Of a stretch of DNA of 64,000 nt, positions 62,433 through 64,000 are shown one piece after another (within the stretch, counting starts at the first letter, position 1; each line of letters starts with the position of its first letter). This DNA is from an uncultured virus (IMG/VR IMGVR_UViG_3300028591_000107) (Duplodnaviria; Heunggongvirae; Uroviricota; Caudoviricetes). The stretch lies in the IMG/VR virus record IMGVR_UViG_3300028591_000107; one strand, 5' to 3'. The position numbers and the translations under genes were made by a program. Under the pieces are notes generated by a model that was not told the origin of the DNA, ran no database searches, and saw nothing but the letters and a program-made list of their open reading frames with translations.

Positions 62433-63146
62433 ATTATGATAGATTTAATAGATGCACAATATTTTTTCCAAACTGATGAAAATGCCATACCAGTATTTTA
62501 TATTAATAAAGAAACTTGGAATGATGAATATAAAAGAATTATAAGTTTATGTGCTTATAATAGAAAATGTTACTTAATTATAGAGACAGATCCACAAGTT
62601 TGTAATAGATATTGTGAAATAACTTGTATGTGTTTAAGAGACTTTGAAAAAAACTATGAATTAATAAATCATTTATTAGGATTAGATAAAAAATAATATT
62701 TAATGGAGAAGAAAATGATAGGATATAAAATACATTATGGAGAATATGGGTATGATTGTTGGGGAAGATCAGAATGGTGTGGTTGGTATGAATATAATAA
62801 TAAAGTTTATACCGATAAAGAAAAATTAAAAATAGCTATTAAAGAAGCAGAAAAAGAATATAAAGATCGTGAATTTGATTTTTACGAAGTTGAAATAATA
62901 TGAGTAGTTCAGTATATCAAAAAATTAAATTTTCAGATTGTGGTTGGAAAGATGATTTTTACGGTAGTAAATGGCATTATTTGTATATGCATTATGAACC
63001 AACATCTGATATAACCCATATTAAAGATGAAGATGGGGAAACAATTATTTGTGGAGAAGATTCCGGAGCTGTAGAAGCATTACGGAAAATACTAAATTTT
63101 GAAGGTGAAGAAATAAATAGAGAAGAATACGATAAAATATAATATT

Positions 63147-63446
63147 ATGAAGACAGGAGCAGAATTAATTACTGAAGAAAGAAATCGTCAAATAAAAATT
63201 GAAGGATATGATAAAGAACATGATAAAAATCATGATGTTGATACATTTGTAAAAGCAGCAATATCTTATTCCGTATTTGATTTGAAGGATTTACAAACAA
63301 ATCATTTATATCATTCATATAAGTGGTGGCCTTGGGAAGAAATTTATTGGAAACCAAAAGATAGATTAAGAAATTTGGTAAGAGCCGGTGCATTAATTGC
63401 AGCTGCTATAGATAAATTGCAAAATGATGAATTAGAAATACAATAA
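63147..63446 (+). CDS. Conserved phage hypothetical protein
   Basis: ER.RQI..EG...EHD, WPW....WKP...RNLVRAGALIAA. Confidence 0.75.
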   Translation: MKTGAELITEERNRQIKIEGYDKEHDKNHDVDTFVKAAISYSVFDLKDLQTNHLYHSYKWWPWEEIYWKPKDRLRNLVRAGALIAAAIDKLQNDELEIQ

Positions 63447-64000
63447 TATTAAATTTCGAAGAAGGATATGACAAATTATAAAACATTTAATGAAATACAA
63501 AAAGGAGATATTTTGTATGAGGTTGAAATATCTGATATTGATGTTAAATTTAAACAAATAAAAGTAAAAAATATAGATGATTACTTCTCAACTGATGATG
63601 TTATTCAGACATATATAGATGAATCACCATTAATATTTAGTTTTAGTAGAAATAAGTCATCATGGATGGGTACAATATTTACAACTAAAGAAGAAGCTAT
63701 TGAAAGTGCAAAAAATCAAATTGTCAATAAAATATTAGAATTTACAACTAAAGTAGATGATTTGGCAATAATATTAGGAGGTATAGATGATATTGAATTT
63801 AGATAAAATAAAATGGAGAAATTTTTGGTTATGGTTTTCTGACCAAGTTAAACGAAGAAGAGTATTTATAAACTTCTTTGTTACAAGAAATGCATGGGGA
63901 GCATTCTCATTAAATAGTCATATTAATCAACATACAGGAAAACCTAAAGTTATGTATAATACCATTAAGTCAGCGCAGAAATCTGCGGAGGCTATGAGTA

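Noticed and set aside
2777..63393. Antisense ORFs nested in long genes (e.g. 2777, 4922, 21156, 41098, 43951, 50413, 50712, 56564, 63169)
   Set aside because: Opposite-strand shadows of well-supported genes, with no independent signals.
1..64000. TAG-to-Gln recoding as in Lak megaphages
   Set aside because: Genes are full length in the standard code, no conserved gene is broken by an in-frame TAG, and no CTA-anticodon suppressor tRNA was seen in the window.

Overview
This is a very AT-rich 64-kb segment of a jumbo/mega-phage with T4-like modules. The host is probably Bacteroidota (Prevotella/Bacteroides-like, Lak-like gene style), and the window reads in the standard genetic code. Positions 1-14.5 kb hold two minus-strand tRNA operons with about 25 cloverleaf tRNAs, many tRNA-like or Y-RNA-like elements and two free-standing endonuclease genes, separated by three glycosyltransferase-like genes. 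The remainder holds large Asn-rich proteins, a 5'-3' exonuclease, gp47/gp46 (Mre11/Rad50), a baseplate-hub/chaperone pair, NAD-dependent ligase, RecA, a PD-(D/E)xK nuclease, ThyX, an ADP-ribosylglycohydrolase and many small hypothetical ORFs. The main finding is that each tRNA operon is preceded by an unannotated leader peptide, an antiterminator and an intrinsic terminator. The codons of the right leader match the tRNAs of its own array, and the left leader uses a largely complementary codon set. This suggests a translation-sensing attenuator that raises phage tRNA transcription when those tRNAs run short. The operons also carry rrn-type boxA elements and a long-range 21-bp leader/trailer complementarity. 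They include five Y-RNA-like elements in permuted and non-permuted forms and several anticodon-less or circularly permuted tRNA mimics. All calls come from reading the sequence by eye; no searches were run.
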